Made by a program: the position numbers and the translations under genes
NCBI GenBank assembly: GCA_965645245.1
Contig: OZ287078.1
Coordinates: 1,364,001-1,428,000 of the forward strand
Length of the DNA: 64,000 bases
Origin: Massalongia carnosa
Lineage: Eukaryota
Direction: 5' to 3'
The notes under the pieces: generated by a model
Databases searched by the model: none
Told to the model about the DNA's origin: nothing
Seen by the model: the letters and a program-made list of their open reading frames with translations, nothing else
Shown here: piece by piece, positions 13,408 to 26,859 of the stretch
Position numbering within the stretch: position 1 is the stretch's first letter
Layout: every line of letters starts with the position of its first letter

Positions 13408-16244
13408 TCATCCAGTGCCTTGCCCACTTGGCGGTGTTTGAAACTTCAGCGCGTCTTGAGCGCTTTGCCCGCTACATGCCCACGTGCTGCCTTTGAAGAT
13501 CTCTGAGCTGACAAACTCAGTATTTTCGAAAGCTGTGACGTTATTGTAGCTCCGCAAAACCGGATCACCTATCGCACCATGGTGAGCGTATCCTCCAGCG
13601 AGGCCACGAACGAGGTAATTTTTGCCGGTTTGGACAGGAGTCTGGGAGATCCCCAAGCTACTTGAATCAAATATCATGCTGCTACTCGAGTCCACAATAA
13701 TTCCTCCCTTCGAAATGGGTTCTAGTAGTGGGAATTTTTGCTGGGAGCTTTGCTGCGAGTGATGCCGGGGGGACATACGTTTCGCAGTGCTGGGTCGCGA
13801 AACTGGGGTTGCTTCGCCTGCTTGCGGAGCGAAGGGCGAGTTATAGATGCTGGGAAGATGGGGTCTTGGCGAGCCGATGGGTTGATCTTTTGGTGAATAC
13901 TTGTGCAACGCTCGTACGAAATCGCTGGTATCTAGGGTCTCTTGGAAACCGTAAGTGGTGTCATTATCCATGTTGCCAGATGATGTGGCTTCAAAGGCAG
14001 GACCCAACGGAGCTGGGATGGAGCAATTTGCATTTCTAGAAGGAAGGTTGCCCAAAAGGGCGTCTTCGCTGCCCTGATCGTTCTCTGCAACTTCAGAGTT
14101 AAGAAGATTGTCTACCATTCGATGCGCTTCTGTGTTTAGGGAAACCGACACGGAGGTAGCTTGTGAAGCTTCATCGTCAACTAAGGATGCTGTGATAGGT
14201 AGGGAAGGTTTGTGTGTTTGAGAGATCTCATTAGGTTCAATCATCATTGATGTCGAGATCGCCTGATGACTCTCAGGACTGGCCTGAGTTTCTGATGGCA
14301 TTCCTTCTTCATGATAGGCAAACGTGGTAGTGCCACTGACGAGGTCAATTGGTATGCTCTAGAGAGGATTAGTAATACCACAAGAACGAGAGTTTTTGCC
14401 TTACCTCATCGAACGCCAGCGACAGGCCTTCTGTGAAGAACTCGCGAATCCTCCCAGTCATTTCCACGTTGGGATGATGCCTTTCCACGCCTTCATTATG
14501 CCATTTAGGCTTTTGCACGTCACGATTCTGACACAAATACCTCTTCTTTGCTCGGTCATTTTCAAAGGGCTTGAAACCAATAGTGTCCTCGTCCTCGTCA
14601 AGGAGATATTCGATAGCCGGTAACTCAGCTACTTGAAACGTAGATGCTAAAAGTGTCAAAGTGCTAGCATATATTTTCCACAATTCTTTAATCTGCACGC
14701 TCAGCGAAGTATCGCCAAGTTGGGCAGTAAGGATGTGAGCGTTGGATATTAACCATGAGCTGTAGTGACGTAAACCTGGGAGAACACGGCGTGCTACAGC
14801 GCTCACTTGGTCTAATTGAGTCGTTGGATTGCTGTCCATATCTGTATCATCCTCGGTGTCACCTTGGCGTTCCAGTTCGGGCTGAAGTACTTGCAGCAGG
14901 GTAAACATGGTTTTCACGTTCAAGCGCTGATAGAAAAAGAACGATTGATAGATCTCCAGAGATTCAGGAGCGTCTGGTCGGTTTTCTTAGTATACGCATT
15001 ATCCTTTTTTATTTCAGCTAACTTACTCTTCAACCGGATTCCAGCAAAATACTCAGCAGCGATGTTGATAAGGACAAATTTGTTGAGCGTACCCTCCAGC
15101 GATCGCTCTTTCAAGTCGATCGCGAGCTGGCTTAGTACCTCATTCTCTAGTTCGTCATGTTCAACAAAATCGATCCCGGTATAGCAGAGTGCGTGGAGGC
15201 GCATGAACCATCCAACTAAGGCCTTTCCAGGTCCTTGGCCATCGCGCTGAAGAGAGATAGCAATTGATTCGCCTTTACCCCAAGCGGTATGGATTTTCTT
15301 AAGCTCGATCTCAAGATTTCCCTTTGCACCTGGATGAGGTTCCTCGACAGCAAGAGCGCGGTATAGGTAATAAGTAGCCCGTAAGTGATTGGAATCTGTC
15401 CGTGCAATGACAGCTAATTGGTTATGAGAAATGCCCGAAGTAGGCAATATCGTGCCGGCAAGATCGTAATAACCAGTTGCAGGACCCCAGTTATGTTCCT
15501 TTGTAACCAGTTCAGTCTCCCGGTACCTTGAGAGGTCGCCTAGACGGACCAATGCCTGATGGCATGAACGGAGGACAGCGTTTCGCAGGCCTGTTGGAGT
15601 ACACTTTCCTTCTAGAGGGATGGCTAGTCTAGTCAGCACTGCATTTTGCATAATGACGCAGGCAGACTACCATCTAGGTTGAACTTATGAGCCACGGCTT
15701 CCAGCTCTTTAATACCGCCAAAATTTAACGCCAGACTCTGGATATAGCCACGATAGAAGCGTTGGCTAGACTTGATGAAGTCAAGGTAATGCTTGACCGT
15801 CTTACGTTTCTCCACAAGCTTTCTCTTACCGCTAGCTTCGCGGAACTAATAAGATATCAGTACCAAAACTCAATCCAAAAGTAGCGCATAGAGGGTACGA
15901 ACAACACCGAGCTGCTTCCGAAAGCGGTTGTTTATCCTGATGTGCTTATCCCAAAGCCTATCCTCCACCTTCTTTTTAAGGGCGAATTGAAAGTCCTTTA
16001 GGATGGTATCCTCACATTTGGAGCGGTACCTGAAATGTCAGACAAATTCCCTCCAGGAAATCAGAACAAGTACTGGGCGATTTGGTGGTCAATGTTTCGC
16101 AGCAAAGGGCCCTTTTCTGCCAAACAGGCCTCCAATTCCCTTTCAGCCACCACAGCATGTCTAGAAGGACTATTTAGCATTTTGCGTAGAGATAATATTC
16201 TGGTGAATTCCTTACTTCCATGTTTGCTCAATTGCATTTGCCAT
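13408..16244 (-). CDS. Est1/Ebs1/SMG5-7-like TPR (14-3-3-like) protein, NMD/telomere-related, multi-exon
   Basis: YLDFIKSSQRFYRGYIQ, SCHQALVRLGDLSRYRE, GISHNQLAVIA, ATYYLYRAL, LDEDEDTIGFKP match Est1 domains; low-complexity tail. Start inferred (MANAIEQTW followed by a GTAAGG donor). Confidence 0.8.
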
Positions 16245-16734
16245 GGCCGTGTAGCTGCAAATTTCCTTCAGATGACCCCACGGTCAATCGTTGCGTCAGA
16301 TGAAAGGATAAAGGTCCAGCTGTTTGGGTGGGCCGGAGTGATCCATGAGTGATCATTGACGCAGGATACCTCGAGGAACTCGTAATGATAGTCGTCGCGT
16401 TGAGTGATTAATGGTAAATGTCATGCCATTTCCATCGTCAAATCAGCACTGAGTCATGAGGTGAGTCGGAGCGTCAAACACCGCGACGATAGTCATCGTA
16501 GGGCTGAAATATTAACTCCGCGAGACTCCAAAATATCCTAGAGTATATATGACGTTGGCATCGTTCACTCTCACAGAGAGGGTTTGAGAATTTCGGGATA
16601 TTACCTCAAGCAATTACCAACTATAGCAGAAGATGCAAATGCATGTAGAAATACAGGAGGAAGAAACCATTTAGCCATAGGAGGCCCTGGCCAGTATGTA
16701 CTGATCTCCTCACCGCTACATCCACAACTTCATC

Positions 16735-17611
16735 ATGGTCAAGCGCTCACGAGAAGACTCGTCACCTTCATCCCCATCCACTCCACCGTCCATTATCATT
16801 TCCGAATCAAACCCTTCATCGCCCGCCTCTGCATCTATTGATGTGCCGCGCCATTCGTCCAAATACCTACACGTTTCCGACGACTCCTCGGAACGCAACA
16901 CTACTGTAATGAAATGCTCCCTTCCGCCCCACCACGAAACCTTGACATTTTCCACCTTTGAAGAGTTCGAAATTCATTATGTAAAAGATCATGGAAACCG
17001 CTGTTCAGAATGTCGCAGGAATTTCCCGACCGAATATTTCTTGGAATTGCATATTGGGGAGAACCATGATCCGCTAAATGAGGCTCGGAGAGCAAAGGGT
17101 GAGAAAACCGTAGGTCTTGGGAATCCACGCAGAGAATCCCACAACTACTAAAGAGAGCCCGCAGTACCGATGTTTCGTCGTAGACTGCGACAAGATCTGC
17201 TCCACCCCTCAGAAACGACGCATGCATCTTACGGACAAACACATGTTCCCAAAGAATTACGATTTCCTTATTGTGAATACAGGTATCGATAAACGGAGCT
17301 CCATGCTTCGATCCCGCCATCGACGGCCTAGCTCTGCCGCCACGCGGGCCATGGCCCGTGAGCATCAGCCTCATGGAGGTCCTAGATCCGGGTCCGTGAC
17401 AGAAGAACCCAAAGCAAGGCAGGCGGACGCAGCAATACAATCAGTAGAGGATTCAGCCTCCACCAACCCAGTGAAGTCCCTTCATTCACCACGGACACAT
17501 TCGAATGTAGATGTTGATGAGCTATCATCAACTTTGTCGGCTCTGAAATTTGTGCCGCCCAGCATCCGATTCGGTCGAGGAGGACGAAAAGGTGGATTTA
17601 GCCGCTCATGA
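16735..17611 (+). CDS. C2H2 zinc-finger protein (ZNF511-like), 2 exons
   Basis: CSLPPH..FEIHY, CSECRRNFPTEYFLELHIGENHD, intron ~17110-17164, YRCFVVDCDKICSTPQKRRMHLTDKH, C-terminal FVPPSIRFGRGG. Confidence 0.85.
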
Positions 17612-19253
17612 TAAAGAACCCTTTCACGGGTGTTGAAGGCCCGTATTGATCTACCTACCATTTTCCACAGGGCAGAAATGGAACGCAAGGCCCTCAATCT
17701 GAAGACCCATCGCCTTCCCCTAGATACTGGGATCGGAAAGGCTCTATAAACATGCAATGGATTTAGGCTATCTCAACCTCAAGCACTTCTTTCACCAAGG
17801 GGGAGCAGCCATAGCCAAAGCTGACTCGATTCGATTTATCCAAACCTCCATCTTCTCGAATTTAAATCGCCTAGAACACCCAACCTAAAGCGCTCCACCC
17901 ACTCCGCTTAATCAAGGAGCTTAGTAAAGAAAAAACATCACCGCATCACAATCCCTTTATCTCCCTTCATCTCCCTCAAAGGTCTTGTTCATCTTCTATT
18001 GAAGGAAGCCCCGCCGTACCCGAAGACTAAATAAATCTCGCTTACAGAAAGATATCTAAAATTTTATTAGGCATAAGATGAACTGGATGCAAATATTCTC
18101 TATAAATCTAGCATCATGTCTATGGATTCAGAAGATTTATGTGTGTACACCTATTTATCCTATCTATCAACTCATCGTATGTGTCATATCCTTTTCAATG
18201 AAATGACCTTCTTCTTCCTCATCCTCTGAATAGATAATTATTTGTCGGATGAAGATACAATGGCTAGTACCACCACCTACCTATTCACTACCTACAAAGT
18301 AGTTAGCTAGCTTTTTACAAAGCCTATAAGTAGTTATTTTGCTAGAATCAACAATAAAAACTTATCTCATTCAATCAGCTCATTGCCACAAAACATTGGC
18401 CGGTTTTTTAATGTTTACTTACTTAGGCAGAAAGCTGGTGTTGATGAAATGGATGGACGAACAACATGCACTCGCTCGCACACTTCCCTACCTACCACAC
18501 AAGATGGGCTCAATCTTAGAGTAAGTATTCATTATACTTGATTAGACAGTTTAGTTGCATACCATACGTGGTGGTGCTTCTATCCAGATTTTCCCCAATG
18601 ATCACCAACGTTACCCTATCCACACGCACAACAACACCACCAATCACTCACTTCCCAAAACCTCATCATCTATCATCATCCATCCAATAAGATCAACAAT
18701 TACGTAGTTAATCAACCAAATCTAGAACATCACTCAATTGAACATAGAGCAATTATTCATAGGTTTGAGTGGGTAAATGCCTCCCCACGGGGAAGCTTTT
18801 CTTGTTTCCTCACCTTCGGAATCGAAGACTCCCTACCTACTAACACAGCTGGATGTAAAGGTACAAGTATAAACCAGGGAAGTCTAGGTGAGGATCTCTC
18901 TCTCGGAGAACGAAGAAACAAAAATAGCAGCTCCGACGAAGGACATGCGTAGAAAGCCTAACCAACACAAGTTTCACCCTCTAAGGACTTTTCATCACTG
19001 CAGGTGTTGAGTGAACAACAGTTCCCACCAACCATTTTTTCCTTCCCATTGATATCTTTTTTGCATTTCATCTTAGCTTAATTTTACTCCTTTCCTTGCT
19101 TGGCCCTTTCCAAATATTGTAATAGTTTCGGAGACCTAAGGAAATTCTCGAGAGAAATGAGACTCAGACAGGGAAACGGAAAATAAGTCGCCAAAAGGCC
19201 GGTGGAAATCACTGCTGCGAAGAAACCATCAAAGGGATCCACCAAGAGGAAGT

Positions 19254-21152
19254 CTACAGATGGAGGTCGTGCCAACCTCCAACCCACTCAAAATCGCCTT
19301 GGTCATCACCACGCTGTGGTTGCTGATGCGCATGGGTGTCCCGGCGCCAATCCCGTACCTTGGTCTCCATCTTATCCTTATCCTTCCCTACGCCCCAACC
19401 AATATTTCCTGAAAACACCTTCAAGCCTAAACCAGCCCGCCAGTTGCCCATATTCATACGCTTCTTAGTATTATTAGTCGAGGAGTCCGAGCCTTGATAG
19501 GCGCGTCGCCGGTTCCCAAGCGCTGCCCATTTGTCCATGGTAGTCCGCTTCGGCGGTGGCGAGTACCGTGGGGTTGCCTTGCGTGCTGCAACATCTTCAA
19601 AAAAGAAGCCATCATTCTCATTCACACCGTCCATCAGGGTAGCATGTATATTCTGATTAATGCTTTGAGACCTAGAGTTAACAGATGACGAGGTCTTGAG
19701 CTCGGAGAGAGCAGAGCGGCGAATTGTTGGGTCGTCATCTTTGCTTTCTTGACTCCAACTACGGCTGTTGTATGCCTGCCGGTGTTTGATAGCTTCCTCA
19801 TGTTCCAAAAGGGCCTCTTCCTCTTCGTCCCAAAGATCCGTCCAGCTTTTCGAGACCGATTCACCTTTCTTGTCAAATAAGGCAGAAACAGAAGGAAGAG
19901 GTGTTACCGAGCGAGGAGAAAAAGTGGTTGGTACGGAGACAGGGTCGCTGCGTTGAAGGTTGCGCGGTACTGGGGGCTGAAGAGCCATCGATCTAAAGGA
20001 CATTCCCAACGTAGAATCCAACCCTGAAGCGAAAGACGAGTTATGGCCAGCCACAGAATACCACGAGGTTCTATCCAGCTCCGAAGCCGGAAACAGGTCT
20101 TCCGTGTAACTTTCGTTATCCGGGATGGCTGATAATTGACGAGTATGCCGAGCCGGGCTCATATGAAGTGCTTTTGCCCAAGGGAAAGCAGCGCCTTGAT
20201 CAACCTGTGGACTTTGGATTGAAGGAGTTCGGAGGGGCTCCCGGTTGGCGCTGGGCGGTACAGCTTCTCGTTCTTCGTTGCAAAAGTCATCCAGGACCTC
20301 CTCGTCTGTGGTAAAGCTGATGACCCGCTCAAGGCTGTTACGAACGGCACTCAGAGATCGCTTCGCGGGGTCGATGGCCATGGCATGAACAAGGACTTCA
20401 TACGTGTCCTGTGACATATTTGGAAAGATGTCAAAAAGCGATTGGTTGTCTCGGGCAAAGTCAGCGTAAAGGATGTCGGACTCGGCAGGCGTCACAAAGG
20501 GATTGCGCGAAAACAGTACGTTCAAGAGGCAGATGCCAATGGCCCAAGTGTCAGCCTTCGCGGGAGAGTACCCAGTATCTGCCGGATCATATTGCTCTGG
20601 AGCCATGTACCGATCACTGCCGACAGAAGCCTCGAACGACCAGGCTTCTGTAGTGGCTAATCCAAAATCACCCAGCTTCATAGATCCATCTTGAGCAAGA
20701 AAGATGTTCTCAGGCTTGATATCGCGATGATATATTCCTTTGGAGTGCATAAAGTCCACAGCATTGACTAATTGAAGCATGAACTCCCGAACATTTTCCG
20801 TCTCGAGAGGGCCTTGTCCCAAACGTATGGCTTCATACAGGTCACCCATGGAGCAGTATTCCAAAACCAGGAAGATATGCGAATCAGTTTCGAAAGTGTG
20901 CAGAAGATTGACGATGTTAGGATGAGAACCGAGGCGATCGTGGCAGGCAAGCTCAACGCAATTATCAGCAGAAAGAGCTGGATGAGGTGGGGATTGTGCC
21001 TTGCTCAAGCATTTTATTGCCACGATTTCGCTAGTGGTAGTGTCCTTCGCCAGGAAGACCATGCCAAAAGATCCATGATTCAATGGAGAAATCGATTGGA
21101 AACGCCCATCTAAGATTTGATCCTCGACAAAAGCATCCTTCATGCACTCCAT
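19254..21152 (-). CDS. KSP1: Ser/Thr protein kinase, Ksp1/Ran1-like, intronless
   Basis: MECMKDAF..LNHGSFGMVFLA, VAIKC, HRDIKPEN, DFG, VGSDRYMAPE, LLNVLFSRNPF; long disordered C-terminus. The symbol is a family-level assignment. Confidence 0.8.
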   Translation of the reverse strand: MECMKDAFVEDQILDGRFQSISPLNHGSFGMVFLAKDTTTSEIVAIKCLSKAQSPPHPALSADNCVELACHDRLGSHPNIVNLLHTFETDSHIFLVLEYCSMGDLYEAIRLGQGPLETENVREFMLQLVNAVDFMHSKGIYHRDIKPENIFLAQDGSMKLGDFGLATTEAWSFEASVGSDRYMAPEQYDPADTGYSPAKADTWAIGICLLNVLFSRNPFVTPAESDILYADFARDNQSLFDIFPNMSQDTYEVLVHAMAIDPAKRSLSAVRNSLERVISFTTDEEVLDDFCNEEREAVPPSANREPLRTPSIQSPQVDQGAAFPWAKALHMSPARHTRQLSAIPDNESYTEDLFPASELDRTSWYSVAGHNSSFASGLDSTLGMSFRSMALQPPVPRNLQRSDPVSVPTTFSPRSVTPLPSVSALFDKKGESVSKSWTDLWDEEEEALLEHEEAIKHRQAYNSRSWSQESKDDDPTIRRSALSELKTSSSVNSRSQSINQNIHATLMDGVNENDGFFFEDVAARKATPRYSPPPKRTTMDKWAALGNRRRAYQGSDSSTNNTKKRMNMGNWRAGLGLKVFSGNIGWGVGKDKDKMETKVRDWRRDTHAHQQPQRGDDQGDFEWVGGWHDLHL

Positions 21153-24100
21153 AATACCTTCAAAAAACGGTGGGTGGAAGTGGGAAGTGCCTGGCTGAAA
21201 GTTGATGGTTGAGCGCTGATAAAAGTCTAAAAGATAAACTAATGGCAGCAACAACCTGAATTCAGGCCACCAAGTTTTGACCAGAGAGCCGTGATGTCCT
21301 TGAAGTTCCGGAAAAGGAAGCCGATGGTAAGAGTGAAGACTTAGGAAATGTTCAAAACTGGCGGGGATACGAAAAAAGCAAAGAGGTATAGTACGTGGGA
21401 AAACAAACGCTTGATACAGCACTCCACCCAATCCTCATGGACACCAAGAAAACTCCTCCTCGTTCTTTCAAGCGCTCATGTGCGGGTAATGATATTTATG
21501 TGTTGGAAAAGGAAAACCGGTCGATGATGATCGTGAGAGAGAGTTCAAGTACAAAGAAAGAGTAGGGAAACCAGATGGAGTTTAGGCAAACATGGATTAG
21601 GAGTTTTAGGCGTAAACGGTATCAATGAAGGACGAGAAGCGGACCGGCTGCCGTGGGATGGAAAGAGAAAGGACGTCGATGCTGGTCGACCGTATGATTA
21701 AGAAAGAGTTGGATATATCGCTGCGTAGAGTCGTGAATGATGGCAAGAGAGCCACACACAGCCGATACTGGTTGGTGATTGACGAGTGACGAGGGTCGAA
21801 GAGACGAGACGGTCCCTCAGCAGTGGCTATGGGTACCATAGGTGACAGACAGTACCGGAAGGTTCTGAGTTCTTCGAACAAAGTGGTTGATTGGCCCAAC
21901 TGTCCGGCTCGTGTTAGGAGTTTGGGGTCATTGAAGGCAACAACAGAGGAAGTCGATATCTCGTCCTTTGATCTTGGTAAGATAACTTTGCGAGTTGTGA
22001 GGATGTTGATTCCCAGAATCCCGAGGAAGGAGATGGTGAAGTGGATGGTGCTCACGACGAAGCGGAAACCGGACGTTGCTCCGTGTTACTCCCAGAATGC
22101 GAGGGTGGAATGGAGAGAGCGACAGCAACGAAAGGTGAGAGAGCTAGGATACGAGGCACAACAACGAGGTGGAATTGATGGATCAGGTCGTTGTTGGTTG
22201 AGGCGGAGGTTGAGAGACTATCATGATGAGATGGGCGGGTACTCTGGAGGTCAGGGGAGAAGTGGGATGAACTGGGGAACGAGGGTATTGTGGGTTGTTA
22301 TTATTATTCTTAGGTTTGGTAAGATACTTTGTAAGGAAAGGTCAGGTAGGGATGCTGGGGGAAATACCGAGTCGATTACAAGGGAATCACTAGGATCGTT
22401 AATAACAGGCGGGCAACCTGGCAACGAGGGTCACGCCAATAGAGTAACGTGACTCTCTATTGACTCTTTCAACAAGCATCGAGACAACGAAGGTATGAAA
22501 GGTATGTGTATATAATCCTCTGTACACACACCCAGAGTACGCTGTACCGTGTATGAAAGACCAAGGTGAAAAGACCAAGGTGACACGGTTTCCGATTCCA
22601 TTAGGTTCTTTTTGGATGGATTCTGCTTGGCTACAGCCAAGAAAAGAGGCAAGCTACTGCACGCCTGCGCAAGCGCCACATTGGCTCCCTTTTCGCCATG
22701 GGATTCATTCTGCAGAAACTGGACTCGGCTGGAGGTGCTTGTTGGCATGGTAGTCGACAAGTCGGACACGACCACATATCATATCTTGAGACGAAAAGTC
22801 ATGTAAATCTCCTTTCCAGTTCCAGGCGTTTAGATGAGATTTTTATTTGTTTTTCCATACGAGTAGTCTCCGTTCTCCGTACTCCGTAACACAGTAGAAT
22901 CCAGACAGACCACGCACTCGTGATTTAGATAATTACGTCAGGCCGGCGTCTATCTACCAGTTCAAACAGGATAGGAGGTGATGATTGGACGCTTCGATCG
23001 TGCTCACCATCACGATGACACACGACCAAGCGAAGCTGATGGAAGAGGATGGAATTTCAATCCGTCATGGAATAAAGAACATCACATTGAGGGCGGTAGT
23101 CCAAACTTACAATGAACTCATGATCCAAGCAATCCTCTGTCAATAACAGATGGTAGGTCAGCAGGCTTGTTTAGTTGTCCATAGTAGCACGGCAACGTCA
23201 GGGTTAAGTTAGTTGCTCCGTACTCGGTACTCCATACAGAGTGTACTGTTGAATGGGAAGGGTTGAAAAATACCGTGAATGATACTTGCCGTTTCCATAT
23301 TGCGTGGCATGTTTTCGTCATGGTTTAGGATGTGAACAATGAAAAGAGTACGTTCATTGGTTAGAATAAGGACTCCTTCCCTTTAGCCCGGAAGTAAAAA
23401 ATACACATTACATTTGTATCACGGTAATTGACATTTAGCTTTCATTTCGCGCCGTCCATGCCTTGCCACACCCAATCTCTTCTCTGTCTGCATTTGCCGA
23501 TGGCGCACAGCCATGTTCCATTTCCCCTCAAAGCTATCAAGCACTCACACAACCCTAAAGACGTCGCCCTAAATTAATCTGACTCGCATGTTGCCTGCAT
23601 CCGGGTTTTGGAAAGTCTGTCCCGCCAGCAGCCCCGTAGCACAGCAGCCAGACAGAACAGGCAACTGTAACACCATCAGCAAACAGGATGCATTTGCCCC
23701 TTTTCTAAATGATTCCCTACCCGCGGCCAAAAGCGGGGCAGGTGGTAGCGAGCCTGTCGTTTGGTGCACAGAACACCTGGCACCTGAGAGTGAGTCTGGG
23801 GAAAGCGTTTCATCTCCCCCTCCACTCTCGCTTTCATGCACACCGGCACGGTTGGTGACTAGGCCACTTGGTACCTGTCATTGTCAACGTTGAAATGGCG
23901 AACCTGTTGGAGTTTATGGATGTATGCAGAGTACAGAGTACACTGTACTGGACCGTTTGATCGCGCGATGATCCTCCCGTATGACGAGGATCGTCGACTT
24001 TGCTTTTGTGGTTCGAGACAACGTTCTCGGTTCTGTACCCCTGCGCGAGTCAGGGCGAGCGTTTCGTGACGCGCAGCGTGCCTAAGTGTTACTATTGCTG

Positions 24101-26859
24101 GGAGACTTTGCTTCACTTGGGCGTGAATACTCTTACGGATGTGAATTTGGCGGGGTGTGTTCTTTGTTCAGCGTCTGCAACGCCTTTTTCAGTGGATAGT
24201 CTGCTCTAAAGGTAGAAACTATTTGGGAAAATCACTCTCTGCTCTGTACCGCATGTGACAACATGATGACCGTTTCAAGCACCGACATACTGTTTTACAT
24301 TTGACTCTCCAGTACAAAAAGTCGGTCTCTTTTGCCTCTACGAGCCACGCCTCACACGTCTAGGAGTAGGTATCCTGGAAGAAACTCTCTCACGTTACTA
24401 TCCCTACCTTTTTCTGTGTGCTTTCTCCTTTAGCGTTCAATAAAGGAGCCATAATGTACAAACCGGTGGATCGGTTCACGGTGCATCAATGAATATGCAA
24501 CAGTCCTGAATTAACTCGTCTTGCAACTCAGCGATCGGCCAGATATTGTCTGTACAAATCGAGAGGAGAGGCGACGAACAACAACGAACTTCCTTAATGT
24601 TTCCTATAACCTCAGAAACCCACCAAGACCAAAAGGTACGCGCTCCTCATGTGGATTATTACGGTTGCAACGTCTTGCTCCGCAAGTGAACTCCTTTCCA
24701 ACATTACTCCTGCATTCTCCACCACTACATACAGAAGCTACAGTTCTTCTGCCCTCGCGGCGAACCATGGCGGATTCATAGCTTTGCCGCCAAACCTTCG
24801 GCAGAGTGGACTTTGTCGTGGACTCCCAGTTGCCTTCTTCGCAACATCCCCCTTTCTTATGATTTGCATGGCGAGACCATCTTTCCGTATTCAGGCGCAC
24901 GGAATGATGCGTGGTTTCGAGGCCAAGGCCGATGTTACTGCCATTTAGATAAACTGTTTAATCGGACCGGGGATTAGCGAGAAGTGGAGTGAAGGAGCCA
25001 TATGTACGATTATGAGCAGTCATTGAGAGTTGATTCAAGGCATACCTTAAGCAGATGACTTATGCTCTATACTTGACAGTCGTTGAGGTTAGGTATGGGT
25101 AGGGTGGTAAAGGGGAGGAGATCTACCTAACCATTTACAGCATAAGTACATTCTCGCTTACAACCAACCCTTCTCGGGTCTGCAGATCATCCCACATGCA
25201 AACGATTCCGTTCCTGGATCCGAGTCCATTGTTCTTCACCGCCATGGGACTCTCACGTCTCAATGAACTTACCTAGTCCACAAAACAAGCAGCTGCCCAG
25301 CGCAAGCAAATGTTCGTGACATGCCAACACCCCCATGCATGGATATGCACAGAGTATCAGCCACTTTCATGCGAGTTCTCCCAGAGACTAGGTCGTCCAA
25401 GCTTTCATCCCTAGAGCCAACAATGCAGTCGGTGTGTGGCACCGATCAGTCCGGCGTTTGGGGCGGCTTGAAGCAATATGAGCTAGTCACGATGGAAGTG
25501 CTTCACCGCTTTCATTGAGGATGGACGCTTGGAGAGGTGTGTGGTGGAAACAGAATGGTTGGAGAGGTAGACGGCAGGTATCGACAAGTAGCCTTTAGCA
25601 CGATTGGCTTCTTTTCTGGAGATGCTCGTCCGATCATCGCTGCTGTATGCATCATCTTTGGGGGAGGATGTATAGATCAGAGATCGACATTGAGGACGTT
25701 GACGCACGATTAGTTTCTCATTTGATGGCTTTTCTTCTACCTCTCGTCTCTTAAGCCGATACCATGGTATTTCTTCTCTATTTCAGATTCTCGCGCATTC
25801 TAGGTGCGTTTACGTAGAGCTAAGCCATGTCACAAGGCCTGTCCTTGCCCGCCTGACCGCCAGATCTACCAGACGCTACGATCGTCATGGTGGCTGAAAG
25901 CCACATGGGTAGATCTATGGCTTTTGTTGATATCATACTCTTGGTATTCCAGTCATGGCAGAGAGACTGTGATTATGACTGTTGGATTGTTTTTTTTTTC
26001 TTTTTCAAAGCTTTGAGACATATGGGTCCATTCTTCAAGCTCTCCAAATATGGGCCGGAGTCTTCAACACGTGTCTCAATCAAAAGCCCAAGTATCATGC
26101 ATCCGCAACCCATATTTCTCAACAAGCGTAATTACCTGGCGACTTTGAGACTTTCCGGCTTTCAGGCATCTCCATTTAGTTCCGGTTATTTCAATAGATA
26201 GAAACGGACGAGGAAGTGGAAGAATAAGTGATAATCCAGATTGATTTACCTAATCAGACGGAAGCCTTTACCATGAGTTGTTGCTGCTGTGGATTCTTCT
26301 ATTTTTTTGCATCACCCTCGTCGATAGGTTCGTTTGATCCCCTCACTGTTACAAACCTGAATCCTCCCCTATCAATACTTTGCATCTCATCTTTCCTTAA
26401 GATTCGGCCTATTCCTCCCCTACGCTCATCTTCCATCTGTAGAAGGGGGGGAAATACGCTGGCTGGTATAGCGAACTGAATAAAACGATGGTCTAGCCAC
26501 CACGTGCTAGTAAAGTTAAACATCTGGATAGAGAGGAATCTCGGTATATTTGTCTCCCTCACACCTCTTCATGGGTGGGCATACTGATATGGTGTGGCAA
26601 CATGCCTGCAGCAGGAGGTCGTGTAGCACCTGCAAATATTCCCACAACGTCTTCCACCACCACAGCTACCTCTGTTCCTTCCCGATCTTACCAATCCAAC
26701 CCAACTGGTAAAATCCCAACCTGCGCCGCCGCCGCACCGGGAGACAATTATTTCCACGCTTTCATTCTATCGACATTGACGCCATCTTTCCTTCCGCCTA
26801 GCCCTATCGGTTGACGTTGGACTTTCGGCATTGCTCCTTGAGAGAAGTCAGAAACAGCA

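Noticed and set aside
21606..26814. Many 60-209 aa ORFs in the KSP1 upstream region, including one containing MSCCCCG
   Set aside because: No domain motifs, coherent splice pattern or codon bias; no CAAX-terminated or repeat-type pheromone precursor recognised.
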